64,000 bases of DNA from NCBI RefSeq assembly GCF_009914755.1, contig NC_060926.1; one strand, 5' to 3'. How positions within the stretch are numbered: the first letter of the stretch is position 1; every line of letters begins with the position of its first letter. Shown here piece by piece: positions 13,270 to 29,365 of this stretch. The translations under genes were made by a program, and so were the position numbers. The notes beneath the pieces were generated by a model, which saw only the letters and a list, made by a program, of their open reading frames with translations, was not told the origin of the DNA and did not search any database. The DNA is from the human T2T-CHM13v2.0 reference genome, Homo sapiens.

Positions 13270-16140
13270 TTTTTATATTTTTAAAAATAGAGGTGTAATT
13301 TACATATAGAAAAATTCATGCTTTTTATAGGAAAATTATGCAAGTTTTGTAAGCACCACTACTACAATCAAGGAAAAGGACAATTCCATCACATAAAAAC
13401 ATTTCTGGATTCTTATTTTTTGTGAATCCTTCTCTCTGTCCCCAGCCTCTGGCAAACAATGTTCTCTGTTCCTATAGTTTTTTTTGTTTTTTTTTTTTGC
13501 AAGAATGTCATATAAATGGAAGCATACATACATACATTGTCTTCTCTAGAGCAGGACTTCTTACATTTGACAGCATCCAATTTTTTGGTATACACATCAT
13601 GGTTTTGGTGTCATGTCTAAGAAATGTTTACCTAATCCAAGGTCACACAAATGTTTTCACGTTTTCTTCTAGATGTGTTTAAATGTTAGATTTTACATTT
13701 AAGTCTTTGATTTGTTTTGCATAAAATTTTGTATATTGTGCAAGTTATAATTTGAGGTTTTTTTGCATATGGATATCTGATTTTTCCAGCATTGTTTGTT
13801 GAAAAGACTATTATTTTAACATTGAATTGCCTTAATGCTTTTGTTGAAAAACACCTGACCATATAAGTGAGGATTTATTGTTAGATATTTCGTTCTGCTT
13901 CATTGATAAAGGTTTCTTTTTTTTTTTTTCTGGTAGTGCCTAGTGTCTTGCATACTACAACTTTATTTCTTTCAATCAGCTAGAATAAATTCTAATGTTA
14001 GTCTTCTATTTTCAAAATTATTTTGGTAAAAGGAAAAATGTTTGCTATATTTTACCCTTCAATATAAATTTTATAATAAGCTTGTGTATTTCAAAAAAAA
14101 AACTAATTCTGAAAGAATTTTGATTGGAAGTGCATTCAACCTATAGAGCAGTTTGGGGAGAATTGGTACTTAAGTATATTGAATCTCCTCATCCATGACA
14201 TAGTATATCTCTTCATTTGTTTATTTCTTCATTAATTTCTGTTAGCATCACTATTTAGTGTTCAGTGTACAGATAATGCACATAATTTGCTGGATCAATA
14301 CCTAAGCATATGATGTTTATTATTGCTGTTGAAAATTGATTTCTAAAATTTTAGTTTCAAATTGTTTCTTGTAACATAAAAAACACAACTTATTTTTTAT
14401 CACAACCTAGTATTTTGTGACCTTCCTATAACCCACTTATTAATTCTAATAGCTGTTGTTTACATTCTTTGCATATTCTACACATACAACCAAGTTTGGT
14501 TCTTCATTTCCTATCTGTATGGCTTTTATTTCTTTTTCTTGCCTTTTTTTCCTTGGCTAAGCTCTCTAGTACAATGCCGAGTTGAAGAGGTAAGAGTAAA
14601 CATGTTTGCCTTGTTTCTCTTCATACTTAAACGATGTTTCTACTGACATAAAATTTGAAATAGTTTTATTTTCTTTTAGCGATTTGAAGATGATATTCCA
14701 TTTTGTTTTGCCTTCTGCTTTTTTCTCTGTGGATTTTTAAAAAATCTTTCTTCCTTTGTACTTAATATGTTATTTTTCTACAATTAATTTTAATATTATT
14801 TTGTTAATTTGTTTCAATGTTTTGAGTGTGATTTTTCTTAGTTTTATTTGTATTTATTCTGTTAGAATTTGTTGAGCTTCTTGGATGTGTTGGTTTATTC
14901 TTTTCATGAAATATAGGAAATATGTAGCCATTTTTTTTCTCTTCCTTCATCCCCCTCCCCATTTCTGAGACTTCAATTACATGAATGTTAGACCCACGTG
15001 GTATTGCTGTGTATCTATAGGATCTCTGTTAATTTTATTGAGGTTTGTATTCTTTGTCCCTATTTTGGATAATATCTAATGTCATGTATTCAATTTGTTT
15101 GGACTTTTCTTCTATCTACTTTGCTATTAACCCCATACAGTGAATTTTTCACTTCAAATATAACTTTTTCAGCTCTAGAGTTTCCATTAAGCTCATTATT
15201 GTATCTTCCATTTTTTCTCATTATTTACATTTTCCTTTAAACCTTTGAGTATATTCATAATATTTATGATATTTAAAAATTTCATTATCTTTCTCACTTC
15301 AAGTTCTATTTACATTGGTGGATTTTTCTATCATTGTTGGGGATCACATTTTTCTGCTTGTTCATGCATCTAGCAATTTTTTGTTCAGTGCTGGACATTG
15401 TTATTCTTACCTTGATAAGTGGTAGATTTTGATGTGTTTCTTTAAACCCTGTTGGAATTTGTTCTCTCAGTTAGTCGGATTACATGGAAATGGCTTGATC
15501 ATTTTAAGAATTTCTTTTCAGTTTTTTTGCTGTAATTGGTTTATAGTAGTCTTTACTTGATTTAGTTCCATTACTAATATGAAAACCTTCTTGGGTCTCT
15601 TTGGAATCCTCTGTGTATTCAATAAGTTCTCTCTATTCTGACTGTTGGGTATTCAAACAATTCCCACCTATGTGTGAGTACTTGGGATTTTTTTTTTTTT
15701 TTAGCTTAGAGCTTCCTGTGTAATTGTTCTTTTTTTTTTTTCTTACTAGTTGCTGATTAGCTCAGCCTTGTGGAATTTCACCCTTTGCATGTGCAGTTTT
15801 CAGCTCAATGAAGAGCCCGTTCAATGCCTCTCTAATACCCCTCCAGTGCAGAACCCAGGATCTCCTTTTTCTGCATAGTTTCCTTTTCTCCAGTACTCTG
15901 CCATGGACATTGTAGCTACCTTGGCTTTTTTTAACTCCATTCTCTATATCCTCAGTTCAATTCTACACTTTTGCATTGCGATCTGGAAATTACATCTAGG
16001 AAAAAACTTTTGGCCATTTTAAGGCTCACAGAATTTGTTTCCTGTCTTTCAAAGATTACAGTCCTGAATTTCAATTGTTTCAATATCTGAAACCAGTTTT
16101 TTCATGTATTATGTCCAGTTTCTTAGTTGTTTATAGAGGG
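13270..16140 (-). mobile_element. Further L1M fragments (3' end, ORF2, ORF1/5' region)
   Basis: New L1M 3' end 'gaggtgtaatttacatatagaaaaattc'; ORF2 antisense 'ttttccagcattgtttgttgaaaagact'; ORF1-type 'gtttgttgagcttcttggatgtg', 'gagacttcaattacatgaatgttagac'. Confidence 0.6.
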
Positions 16141-16295
16141 AGACCAAGTTTTGATGAGATTACACATACATAGAAGAAAACCACAGGGCCTAATTTTATT
16201 TATTTTCTTCATCTTTCTGAACTTCTGAGTGACTTTCTTACTAAAATCTTCTACCTCATTAATTGTTTTTCAACCTTGTTCAGTCCAGGGCTTAA

Positions 16296-16745
<450 letters not shown>

Positions 16746-17359
16746 TGATTTTGTATCTGTCTGTTTTATTTATGATATCTTTTTCTTTTTTAATGGATGC
16801 TTTCTTTTAATTATCTTTTTGAGCATCCCAATAATAATAAATTCTCTGTGAACTAAATTTTAATTCATAAGGAATTACATAGCAAAAGCTTATTTTGTTG
16901 ACTGTCTTTTTTATTATTAATTTTATTCACATTTTATAATTTTGGTTGGAAATGACTTTGTCTATTTTTTTTGTTGTTGTTTAATTTTATTTTCCCTCCC
17001 TACATGTTGGGTAAGTTAGAAAGTTTGCAGCTTCCTACACCCTTCTTTGTGAACCTCCATCCAGAAGCATTTTTTTTTTAAGTTGTCACTTGTAGCAAAA
17101 AACTTGTAGTAAAATAAGCAATTCTTGTAATGAGAGTCTCCTTTCTCTGGTTACGTCAGACATAATGTAGATTTTTATCACTGTGTTTAGTGAGTAATAA
17201 ACACAATTTTTGTGTCACAAGCTATGCCATTTTTCTGTTTTCTCTCCAGTGCTATCACCTTTAAAGCATTAAATCATAGGCAGTTATGTGTTTGTCAGAT
17301 ATTTTCGTTTCGTTTTCTTTGCTGTGACAGCAGCCCTGGTTTTTCATTTCGTTTGATGT

Positions 17360-18450
<1,091 letters not shown>

Positions 18451-19965
18451 AGGTACTTTTAATACATGTGACATCAGCCAGCTTATACCTTTAGCCACCA
18501 TTCTGTGATTTCTTTTTGTTCTTCTTCAGTTCTCAAGACATATTCACCATGATTTTAAGCCTGGCTATTTTTCCTCTTACTGTTAATTGGTATGCATTCA
18601 GGGTAGAGAACATAGGCGTGTTGGTGAGCCAATTCACTGAATAATCTAAAAATCCATAAGAATAGTTGATAAACATAAGCCTGATAGCTTGTTAAATGTT
18701 TAGGAGTTATCAAAACAAGAGTGATCATCATGGATTTCAAAGCAGAAGTAAATTCATACTATTTGTTCAATGATAATCTGATAGTGCTTGGTTATAAAAA
18801 TTGGGCCACAAAGAAGATATATTCTTTTTTCTTAAAGGTAAATTCTAACAAATCCTAGATAAAATATTTCTCAGGACTTAAAAAATCTACTTTCTCTGAA
18901 TTACTAAGCCAGCTTTTACTAGAAATTACATTTCCAGGTAGATATTCTCTCCTGAGGAGCTGGTAATTATCATATTATCTATGAAAGGTAGTCATTATAC
19001 AGATATAGCATCATCGTAAATTAATAAATTTATTTTGTGATATTTTGTTTTATGTTAATAAATGTTATGTGAATATGCATATGCATAGGGAAAGTTGTGT
19101 ATTTTGTTGTCTGATGCAGATTTAAGGCCCATAATGTTGAAGAACCAAACCCTAGACAATACAAAAAGTTGCTAGATACTGCTCATATTTTCATTTTCTT
19201 ATCACTTTTCCTCCACTGACTGGTGAAAGTGACCATCTACTTTTCTATTTCTGTACACCAAATGATCTACACAAATTTCCCAAATAGCAAGTAAATTGGT
19301 TGTATGATTTCCTACATAAAGGCAACCATAAAAATGTTGCTACAACACTGGAGAATAAGGTATACAGAAAGAATGAGCCTGAGACAGAACCCAATGCTAG
19401 GCATACAATTCATAAAGTTCAAAAACACTTAAATGAAGTATAAATTTAAGAGTTAGAAACAGGGGGTGCTGTAGTTTCAATTCCTATTCTATTTTATGGG
19501 TTCATGCACTCTTTTGGTTATGAACATAGTATCTTGGGCTTTTCAGTGAAACTTGTATAAGTACAGTAAGTCCTCACTTAACCTCATTGATAGGTTCTTG
19601 AAAATTGACCTTAAGCAAAATGACGTATAACAAAACCAATTTTAACACAGGTGATATGGTTTGGCTCTGTGTCGTCACCCAAATCTCATCTTGAATTGTA
19701 GCTCCCATAATCCCCTCATGGGAGGGACCCAGTGGGAGGTAATTGAATCATGGGGCGTGGTTTTTCTGTGCTGTTCTCTTGATAGTGAATGAGTCTTATG
19801 AGATCTGATGGTTTTGTAAAGGGCAGTTCTCCTGCACATGCTCTCTTGCCTGCCTCCCTGTAAATGAACATGACTTTGTTCCTGCTTTGCCTTCCATCAT
19901 GATTGTGAGGCCTCCCCAGTCATGTGGAACTAAAGTGTGGTGCTGCCATAAAGATACCTGAAAAT

Positions 19966-20264
<299 letters not shown>

Positions 20265-20612
20265 AAAGATACCTGAAAATGTGGAAACAACTTTGGAAGT
20301 GGGTAACAGGCAGAGGTTGGAAAAACTTGGAGGGCTCAGGGGAAGACAGGGCAATGTAGGAAAGTTGGGAACTTCCTAGAGACTTGGAGGGCTCAGAAAA
20401 CAGGAAGATGTGGGAACATGTGGAACTTCCTAGAGACATACTGAATGGCTCTGACCAAAATGATACTGATATGACAATAAAATCCAGGCTGGGGTTGTCT
20501 CAGGTAGAGATGAGGAACTTATTGGGACCTGGAGTAAAAGTCACACTTGCTGTGCAAAGAGACTGGTGGCATTTTGCCACCATCCTAGAAATCTGTGGAA
20601 CTTTGAACTTGA

Positions 20613-20816
<204 letters not shown>

Positions 20817-20929
20817 TAGAAGAAATTTCTAAGCAGCAAAGCATTCAAGAGAAAGCAGAGCATAAAAGCTTGGAAAACTTGAAGGCTGGTGATGTGATAG
20901 AAAAGAAAAACTCATTTTCTTGGGAGTAA

Positions 20930-21817
20930 TTCAAGCCAGTTGCAGAAATTTGCATATGTAATGAAGAGTCAAATGTTAATCACCAAGAAAATGGGGAAAA
21001 TGTCTCCAGGGCATGTCAGAGACCTTCATTGCAGCCCCTCCTATCACAGGCCTGGAGACCTAGGAGGGAAAAATGGTTTCCTGGGCTGGGTCCAGGGCCC
21101 TCCTGCTGTGTGCAGCCTTGGAACTTGGTCTCCTGTGTCCCAGACACTCCAGCCATGGCTAAAAGGGGCCAACGTACAGTTCAGGCCATTGCTTCAGAGG
21201 GTGCAAGCCCCAAGCCTTGGCAGCTTTCATGTGGTATTGAACCTGCAGGTGCACAGACATCAAGAATTAGGGTTTGGGAATCTCCTCCTAGATTTCAGAG
21301 GATGTACGGAAACACCTGAATGTCCAGGCAGAAGTCTGCTTCAGAGGTGGAGCCCTCATGGAGAACCTCTGCTAGAGCAGTACAGAAGGGAAATGTGGGG
21401 TTAGAGCCCCAACACAGAGTCCCCACTGGGGCACTGCCTAGTGGAGCTGTGAGAAGAGGGCCACCATCCTTCAGACCCCAAAATGGCAGATCCACTGACA
21501 GCTTGCACCATGTGCCTGGAAAAGCCACAGGCACTCAATGCCAGCACATGAAAGCAGCCAGGAGAGGGGCTGTACCCTCAAAAACCATAGGAGTGGAGCT
21601 GCTGAAGGCTGTGGGAGCCTACCTCTTGCATCAGCATGACCTAGATGTGAGACATGGAGTCAAAGGAGATCATTTTGGAGCTTTAAGATCTGACTGCCTT
21701 GATAGATTTCAGACTTGCATGGGGCCTGTAGCCCCTTTGTTTGGGCCAATTTCTTCCATTTGCAATGGTTGTATTTACCCAATGCTTGTATCCCCATTAC
21801 ATCTAGGAAGTAACTAA
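20930..21817 (+). pseudogene. THE1 internal gag-derived ORF remnant (one in-frame TGA at 21317-21319)
   Basis: ORFs 21029..21319 and 21320..21817 share a frame that opens after TAA 20927-20929; peptide FKPVAEIC..QENG..SQAWRPR matches the MST ORF at 23592..23939. Confidence 0.7.
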
Positions 21818-22471
21818 CTGGCTACTGATTTTACAGGCTCATAGGCAGAAGGGACTTGCCTTGTCTCAGAAGAGACTTTGAACTTGGACTTTGAGTTAAT
21901 GCTGAAATGAGTTAAGACTATGGGGGACTGTTGGGAAGGTATGATTGGTTTTGAAATGTGAGGACATGATATTTGGGAGGGGTCGGGGCAGGACAATATG
22001 GTTTGACTTTGCGTCCCCACTCAGATCTCATCTTGAATTGTAGCTCTCATAATGCCCAGGTGTTGTAGGAGGGATCCAGTGGGAGGTAATTGAATCATAG
22101 TGGGTGGTTTTCCTATGCTGTTCTTGTGACAGTGAATAAGTGAGATCTGATGGTTTTATAAAGGGCAGTTTCCCTGCACGTGCTCTCTTGCCTGCCACCA
22201 TTAAGCCTTTGCTCCTTCTTTGTCTTCCACCATGATTGTGAGGCCTCCCCAGCCATGTGGAACTGTGAGTTAATTTAAGCTCTTTACTTTATAAATTACC
22301 TAGTCTCATGCATGTCCTTATAGCAGCATGAGAATGGACTAATAAAATAGGCTAATTGACATAAAAAAGAGTTAAGTTCTTATGGCATATTTCTGGTTAC
22401 AAAAACATCACCAACTTCTAAATAAAGACCAAACACTTCTAACATTAAACATTGAGGGAAATGTGAGTTAT

Positions 22472-25215
22472 TGTATTAGTCCATCCTTGAATTGCTATAA
22501 AGAAATACATGACACTAGGTAATTTATAAAGAAAGGAGGTTTAATTGTCTCACAGTTCCACAGGCTGTACAGGAATCATGATGCTGGCATCTGCTTGACT
22601 TCTGGGGAGGCCGCAGGGAACTTACAATCATAATGGAAGGTGAAGGGGGAGCTGGCACTTCACATGGCCAGAGGAGAAGCAAGAAACAGAGTGAGGGGGG
22701 AGGTGCTACACACTTTTAAACAGCCCGATATCATGAGAACTCACTCATTATCATGAGAAGAACAGCACAAAAGGGTTGATCCTAAACTATGAGAAACACC
22801 TCCATGATCCAATCATTCCCACCAAGCCCCATGTGCGACACTGGGGATTACAATTTGATGTGAGGTTCAAGTGGGGACACAAACCCAAACCATATCATTC
22901 TGCCCAAGCATGTCCTTCTCACATTGCAATTCAATCATGACTTTCAAACAGTCCCCCAAAGTCTTAATTTATTCCAGCATTAACTCAAAAGTCCAAAGTC
23001 CGAAGTCTCATCTGATACATCCTTCCACCTGTGAGCCTGTAAAATCAAAACCAGAGTAGATGCTTTCAAGATATAATGGGGGTACAGGTATTGGGTAAAT
23101 ACTCCCACTCCAAAAAGAAATCAGCAAAAAGAAAGGGGCTATAGGCCCCATGCAACTTCAAAGCCCAGCAGGGCAGTCATTAAATCTTAAAGCTCCAAAA
23201 TAATCTCCTTGGACTCCATGTCCCAAATCCAGGGCACTCTAGTGTGAGGGATGGGTTCCTAAGGCCTTGGGAAGCCCCATCTCTGTGGCTTTGTGGGGTT
23301 AAACCCCTGTGGCTCCTCTCACAGGCTGGTGTTGAGTGCCTTCAGCTTTTCCGGGCATAGAGTGCAAGCTATCGGTAGATCTACCTCTGGGGTCTGGAGT
23401 ATAGTGGCTCTCTTCTCACAGTTCCACTAGGCAGTGCCCAGTGGGGACTCTTTGTGGGGGCTCCAACCCCACATTCTTCCTCCTCACTCTCCTAGTAGAG
23501 GTTCTCCATGAGGGTGCCGCCACCTAGGTGAAGGATCCCAAGCTTCCACTCTTGTACTCTGTGCATACACAGGTTTAACACCATGTGGAAATCACCAAGG
23601 ATTATGGCTTGTAACCTCTGAAAGAGTGGCCAGAACTGTACCTGGGCCCCTTAGAGCCATGACTGGAGCTAGAACAACTGGGATGCTGGGAACAGAGTTT
23701 TGAGGCTGCCCAGGGTAGTGAGGTCCTGAGTCTGGCCTAAGAAGCCATTCAGTCTTCCTAGGCCTCCAGGCCTGTGATGAGAGGAGCTGCTGCAAAGATC
23801 TCTGAAATATCTTTGAGGCCCTTTTACCATTGTCTTGGCTATCAGCACTTGCCTTTTTATTTACACAAATTTCTCTAGCAAGTGGTTGCTCAGCAGCCCA
23901 CTTGAATTCTCCCTTTTCTACCACATGGCTAGGCTGCAAATTTTACAAACTTTTACTCTGCTTCCCCTTTAAATAAAAGTTCCAACTTTAAGTAATGTCT
24001 TTGCTCATGCATATGAGCCTAGAATGGTAGAATCTGCTATGCTGCATCTTGAATGCTTTGCTGCTTAGAAATTTCTTCCACCAGGTATCCTAAATCATCA
24101 CTCTCAAGTTCAAAGTTCTACAGATCTCTAAAGCAGGGACACAATGCAGCCAAGTTCTTTGTTAAAGCATAACAGAAGTTACCTAATGTGGTTTAGCTAT
24201 GTCCCCACCCAACTCTCATCTTGAATTGTAACTCCCACAACTCCCACATGTCATGGGAGGAACCTGGTTGGAGGTCATTGAATCATGGTGGCTGGTCTTT
24301 CCTGTGCTATTCTCATGATAGTGAGTGGGTCTCACAAGATCTGATGGTTTTAAGAACGGGAGTTTCCCTGAACAAGCTCTCCTCTCTTTGTCTGTCGCCA
24401 TCCGTGTAAGACATGACTTGCTCCTCCTTGCCTTCTGCCATGATTGTGAGGCCTCCCCAGCCATGTGGAAATGTAAGTCCATTAAACCTCTTTTTCCTTT
24501 CCAGTCTTGGATGTGTCTTTATCAGCAGCACAAAATGGACGAATATATGACCTTTGCTTCAGTTCCCAAAAAGTTTCTTATTTCCATTTGAAACCTCATC
24601 AGCCTGGACTTCACTGTTTTTATCATTATCAACATTTTGGTCACAACAATTTAACCAGTCTTTAAGGCAGTCCAAACTTACCTTCATCTTCCTGTATTTT
24701 TCTGAACTCTGTAAACTCTTCCAGCCTCTGCCCAATACCCAGTTCCAAAGCTGTTTCCACAATTTTAGGTGTCCTTATAGCAATGCTCTATTCCTCCATA
24801 CCAATTTTCTTGTATTAGTTTGTTCTCACATTGCTATAAAGAAATACCAGAGATGGGGTAATTTATAAAGAAAATAAACTGAGTTGGTGCCCGGTTTCTA
24901 TGGAACTGTGAGCCAATTGTGGAGAGGCCTAAGGAAACTTATAATCATGGTGGAAGGTGAAGGGGAAGTTTGCACTTCACTTGGCCAGAGCAGAAGCAAG
25001 AGAAAGAGTGGGGGAAAAGGTATATACACTTTCAAACAACCAGATCTCATGAAAACTTACTCACTATCATGAGAACAGCAGCAAGGGGATGGTGCTAAAC
25101 CATTCATGAGAAATACTTCCACAATCCAATCACTCCCACCAGGCCCCACCTCCAATATTGAGGATTACAATTTGACATGAGATTTTGCAGGGGGACACAG
25201 TTCCAAAACATACCA
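22472..25215 (-). mobile_element. MSTA/B MaLR provirus: 3' LTR 22472-22897, internal region, 5' LTR 24811-25215
   Basis: Two similar LTRs reading tgtattagt...aaaccatatca on the + strand; 5-bp TSD gttat/gctat. Confidence 0.87.
24184..24547 (+). mobile_element. THE1A/B solo LTR inserted in MST internal region
   Basis: 'taatgtggtttagctatgtccccaccc...ccatgattgtgaggcctccccagccatgtggaa...ggacgaatata'; TSD ttacc/tgacc. Confidence 0.85.
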
Positions 25216-25959
25216 GCTATACATACATTTAAAATAGATTAATTAAAACAAGTAAGATAATGATGTACCTAATTGTTTCAGTTCAGGTTTGCAGGTGGCT
25301 GATGCCTGTCTTGACAGCTCAGGGCACAAGGCAGGAACCAACCCTAGACAGAACACCATTCCATTGCAGGGTGCACTTACACACACAGTCACTCAGACTG
25401 GGATGGTTTGGACATGCCAACTAAATCAATGTGCACATCTTTGGGATGTGGGAGGAAACCGGAATACCCAGGAAAACCCCACACAGACATGGAGAGAATG
25501 TACAAACTCCACATAGACAGTGACCCCAGCTGGGAAGTGATTTTTTTATTTCTCATCAAAGTTACAGCAAAACGATTTTGAACAAAATAACATTACTTGA
25601 GGAACTGCTGTACTATTTTGAAAAACAAATGTGTAATTTTAATAGGACAAATAGATCTGAAATTTCTAGAACTTACCACTTTGTTAAAATAAAATATTCT
25701 CTACTATAATTATGAAATGCTTAACTTGGCAATTAGATTGTCTTTTATTTTATTTTGGTTAGATGGCAATGTTCAAGCATACCATCAACATGTAAATAAA
25801 ACGGGGGAGATGAGAATGAATGAGGGGCTTGCTCTGCGGTTTATTTTTTATTTTTTGGAATTTTATTTGATCTTTATTTTTCTGCAAAGGAGTGTCCTGT
25901 AATGTTTTAAATAATCATAAAATATACTTCTTAAATCTCATAACACTTATCCAGACTCC

Positions 25960-26520
25960 AATTTCAAACTTTTCAATGGCTGTTGAACATTCTTATTTGT
26001 ATCCTGAGCTATGCTTCAAACTCACCATGTCCTGCATGAAATTCACTAAGAAGCACACTTTTCTGACATAGTCATTCATGAAAACGGAACCATCATTCTT
26101 GTAGCTTTATAGACTCAAAATCTACTCATCTTTGACCTCTTCTTTTCCTCCACTATTCTCTTCCCTCCTTTCATTTATTCTACTAACAACAATCTATCAT
26201 ATTTTGTCAGGTGAATTTTTGAGTTAGCTGATCTCGAAGGGCCATTTGAGTTCTAACATCCTACAATTCTTATAATGAAATTTTTTTTGATTTGTTCCCT
26301 TCAAGTTAATTGCCACTGTTATAACCTTAGTTCTAGTCCTTCTATTTCAAAGAAAATTAAATAAATTGCCACCTGCATAGCCTTCCCTTATTCCCACCTT
26401 AGCAACATCCCCATACCCCAACTAAATTAATTCTGTATCATCTCCTGATTAGTGTTTACCAGACAATGCATGTATCTTATGTTACTCTTTGACTGAAGAA
26501 CCCGAAAAAGATCCCAAGTT
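25960..26520 (+). mobile_element. L2 fragment
   Basis: 'ttcaaactcaccatgtcc', 'gactcaaaatctactcatctttgacctcttc', 'ttaattgccactgttataacc'. Confidence 0.4.
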
Positions 26521-27169
26521 TCTGCCACGGAATTTCCAGAAATACATTCCTGGTTTGGTAATAGTTACTTTTACTCATGCATCATACATGCAAACACACA
26601 AACACGCATATACACAGTTCTATAGTAAAAAACACCTGGAAAAGTAGGTTATAAAAATTTAAGTGCCCCCCCCCCACCTTTTAAATGAAGAATGTCTTGG
26701 GTTTCTCAGGCTTTTTAATGTAATAATTATCTAGAGGGAAATTACATAGAAATTCAGCGTTTCTCAAATATATTTTAACCTTTATTTGGTCACTGAGGAT
26801 TTTGTGCCACCAAGTGTTTCAGGTAAATCACACAGGAAACACTCTATTAGAATATTAATCCTAACATCCTGTGTCTTGCCAGTGCTTCTAATTGTTGAGT
26901 CCTAATATATACCTCTATCTTTTTCATGCTTAAATTAGGCAAGGATACTTATTGACATTCTCTGAGAAAAATTGTTGACTGGCCCCTTTATGATGCATTT
27001 CAACTCCCTTTTGCCTTTCCTTTATCTCCCAAAAACTTTGTATTCCTTTACCAACTGCCAAGCTCCCTTGCAGCTAAGCACCGACAGTGACAGAGTCCTT
27101 GCAGAAAACCAAAGTTTTCAAGTTAGGAAAACTCACAACTTGAGTGAAAATACAAGGCCTTACTAGAAG

Positions 27170-27450
27170 AAAGCTTCTATCTCTCTGCCTGCCCTCTTCT
27201 TCCTGCCTAGAAGACATCTAGCATGGCTGGAGGGGTAGAAGGGATCTGCGTTCATGAGGTGATAGGTGTAGAGAACTGTGCCCTGACCAGTGCTAGCTCA
27301 AGGCCGAACACCATTCATTTATGGCACCACTGGAATTGTGGAGTGTGGCAGTCTCAGCCCCAAGATCATCAAGCCTCTGAACCAATTGTAGCAATTTCTT
27401 ACCTCTGAATTTGTTTTAAATGAGAAATACTGGTCTTTGCAGAAATTGGA
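27170..27450 (+). mobile_element. Old MLT1 (I/J/K-type) LTR fragment
   Basis: 'ccctcttcttcctgcctagaagaca...catggctggagg...catgagg' and 'ctctgaatttgttttaaatgagaaata'. Confidence 0.45.
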
Positions 27451-29285
27451 GTACTATTTTCTTCTGTAAGGTCTTTTATTAGGGTTTCCTCTTATTTGTA
27501 CCAATTGTAATCCTAACTTAGGCACTTCCTATCACACTGTACCATTGCATATAACTTTGTTTCTTTGCATACAGGATTTACCCACTCCCTGAATGATAAG
27601 GATCCTCCGAATCAACTTTCTGAGCCCTGCTCAAGCACTACCTATTTATGAAGTCTTTCCTAGAAATTTCTACCTGCAATGTCTTATTAAATAGTTTGTC
27701 CTCATTGTTTGTACTGTATGATTAATAGCTTTGTACTGCCATATGATGTAGAGCCACGCTACTTTGGGAGATTATGTGCCTGTTTGCTTTTTCCTAGTTG
27801 GATTCTCAGTGTTCATGGAGCATGATAGTAGGAGATTGTTATATACTTCTTTTTTACATTATATGAACTGTATATGAAAGGGATTTAATTAATTAATTTT
27901 ACGATATATTTCACCAAAAATATTCTCCATAATCTTTTCTGTCAGTTTGTTGATTAAAGAAAAAATATCTGAAATATTTACCAAATTTAATTCATGCATA
28001 TAACAAGTTTTTAAAAAATAACTTATTGAGATATAATTTATAAAGTATATAGTTCACCTATTTAAACCATATAATTTAATGTTTTTTAGTATATGTAAAG
28101 CCTTGTGGGACCATTATGGTCTTTAAAAGTTTTATTCACCTCTTAATTAGTGGAAATATAGGTAATAGTTTGTAACTTAATGAATCTTTGTTGACTGTCT
28201 AATGATATAAAATTCAAAATTAAGGGATCATAAGGCAATCCTGGTATACATAGAATAACTCAAGTATAAACACATTACAGACTCTTATTCTAGTTGGCTG
28301 AATGAACACATTGTTTAAATAATAAGCGAATAATTGTGTGTTTAAATATTCAGATATTTATGTCACCCCATGAGCAAAACATGATTGATTTGAAAGTTTG
28401 CTTTCTTTTACTTTTGAGTTTTTCTCTTGCAGCTCTCTGATAATTCACTTCTACTTCTATTCCTCAAACATAACTTGCTTCCCTGCCAGTGCCTTCAGAT
28501 TTCCACACCTCTTTCTTTCAAATTCTTCAGAATTCTCTTTTGTCTAATACATTTAATATTCTGTAACTCCTACCAAATTTACTTTATGGAAACAATCTTT
28601 CCCAGTAGATTTAAAGTGGTTTTGAGACAGAAACCAGTTCTTCCATGTCTTTTTATTCCTTTGAGAGTCAAGCAGAGATCCTCTGCAAATATTTATTGAA
28701 TGTTATTTTACAGGAAGAGTTTCTGCAATTGAACAATAGAATGCGGGTGGCAATCTGTTGTAAGCATAGCTTGGTGTAATTTGAAGAGTGGAAGTTTTTA
28801 GTTTTTGACTTTGCTTAACTTTCAAGAGGTTTGTTTCAATATCATTGAGCATCAGAGAAATGCATATCTCAAATAAAAAATGGGGGAAAAAAGCAACTGC
28901 CCTGACTGCTCTGTGCTGAATTGTAAGGGGACTACTTTTGATTGAACTCTTAAGTTTAACCATACTAATCTTGATTTTACTAATACTTAATCATACTTAA
29001 TTATACTAATGTAAGATGTATTATTATTTTTCTTCTCATATTAGAATCACATAGCTAGCCAAATACAGCACAAGACTAGCTTAAACATATGCTGTTTCTG
29101 TTTTCAGAAAGACAGAATTTTGAAATATGAAAAGTAAACCCAAATCTATGTTGGAAATAGACAAGAATCTCAGAAAAAAGTTTACAAATTGTTAAAATTT
29201 CTAGAGGTATTTGCAAGGGTCAGGGAGGTGGATTAAATGGAAAGATTCTTATAGATAAGCTCCCTTTAGTTTTATGACGCATGTA

Positions 29286-29365
29286 TTAGGTTGGTGCAAA
29301 AGTAATTGCGATTTTTGCCATTGAAAGTAATGGCAAAAACCACAATTATTTTTGCACCAACGTAA
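29286..29365. mobile_element. MADE1 (Hsmar1-derived) 80-bp palindromic MITE
   Basis: TA|ttaggttggtgcaaaagtaattgcgatttttgccatt gaaagt aatggcaaaaaccacaattatttttgcaccaacgtaa|TA. Confidence 0.95.

Noticed and set aside
28714-28760. Possible plus-strand micro-exon (ttttacag|GAAGAG...|gtaagc)
   Set aside because: Adjacent to an L2-like tail, very short, peptide unrecognised; expected by chance in 64 kb
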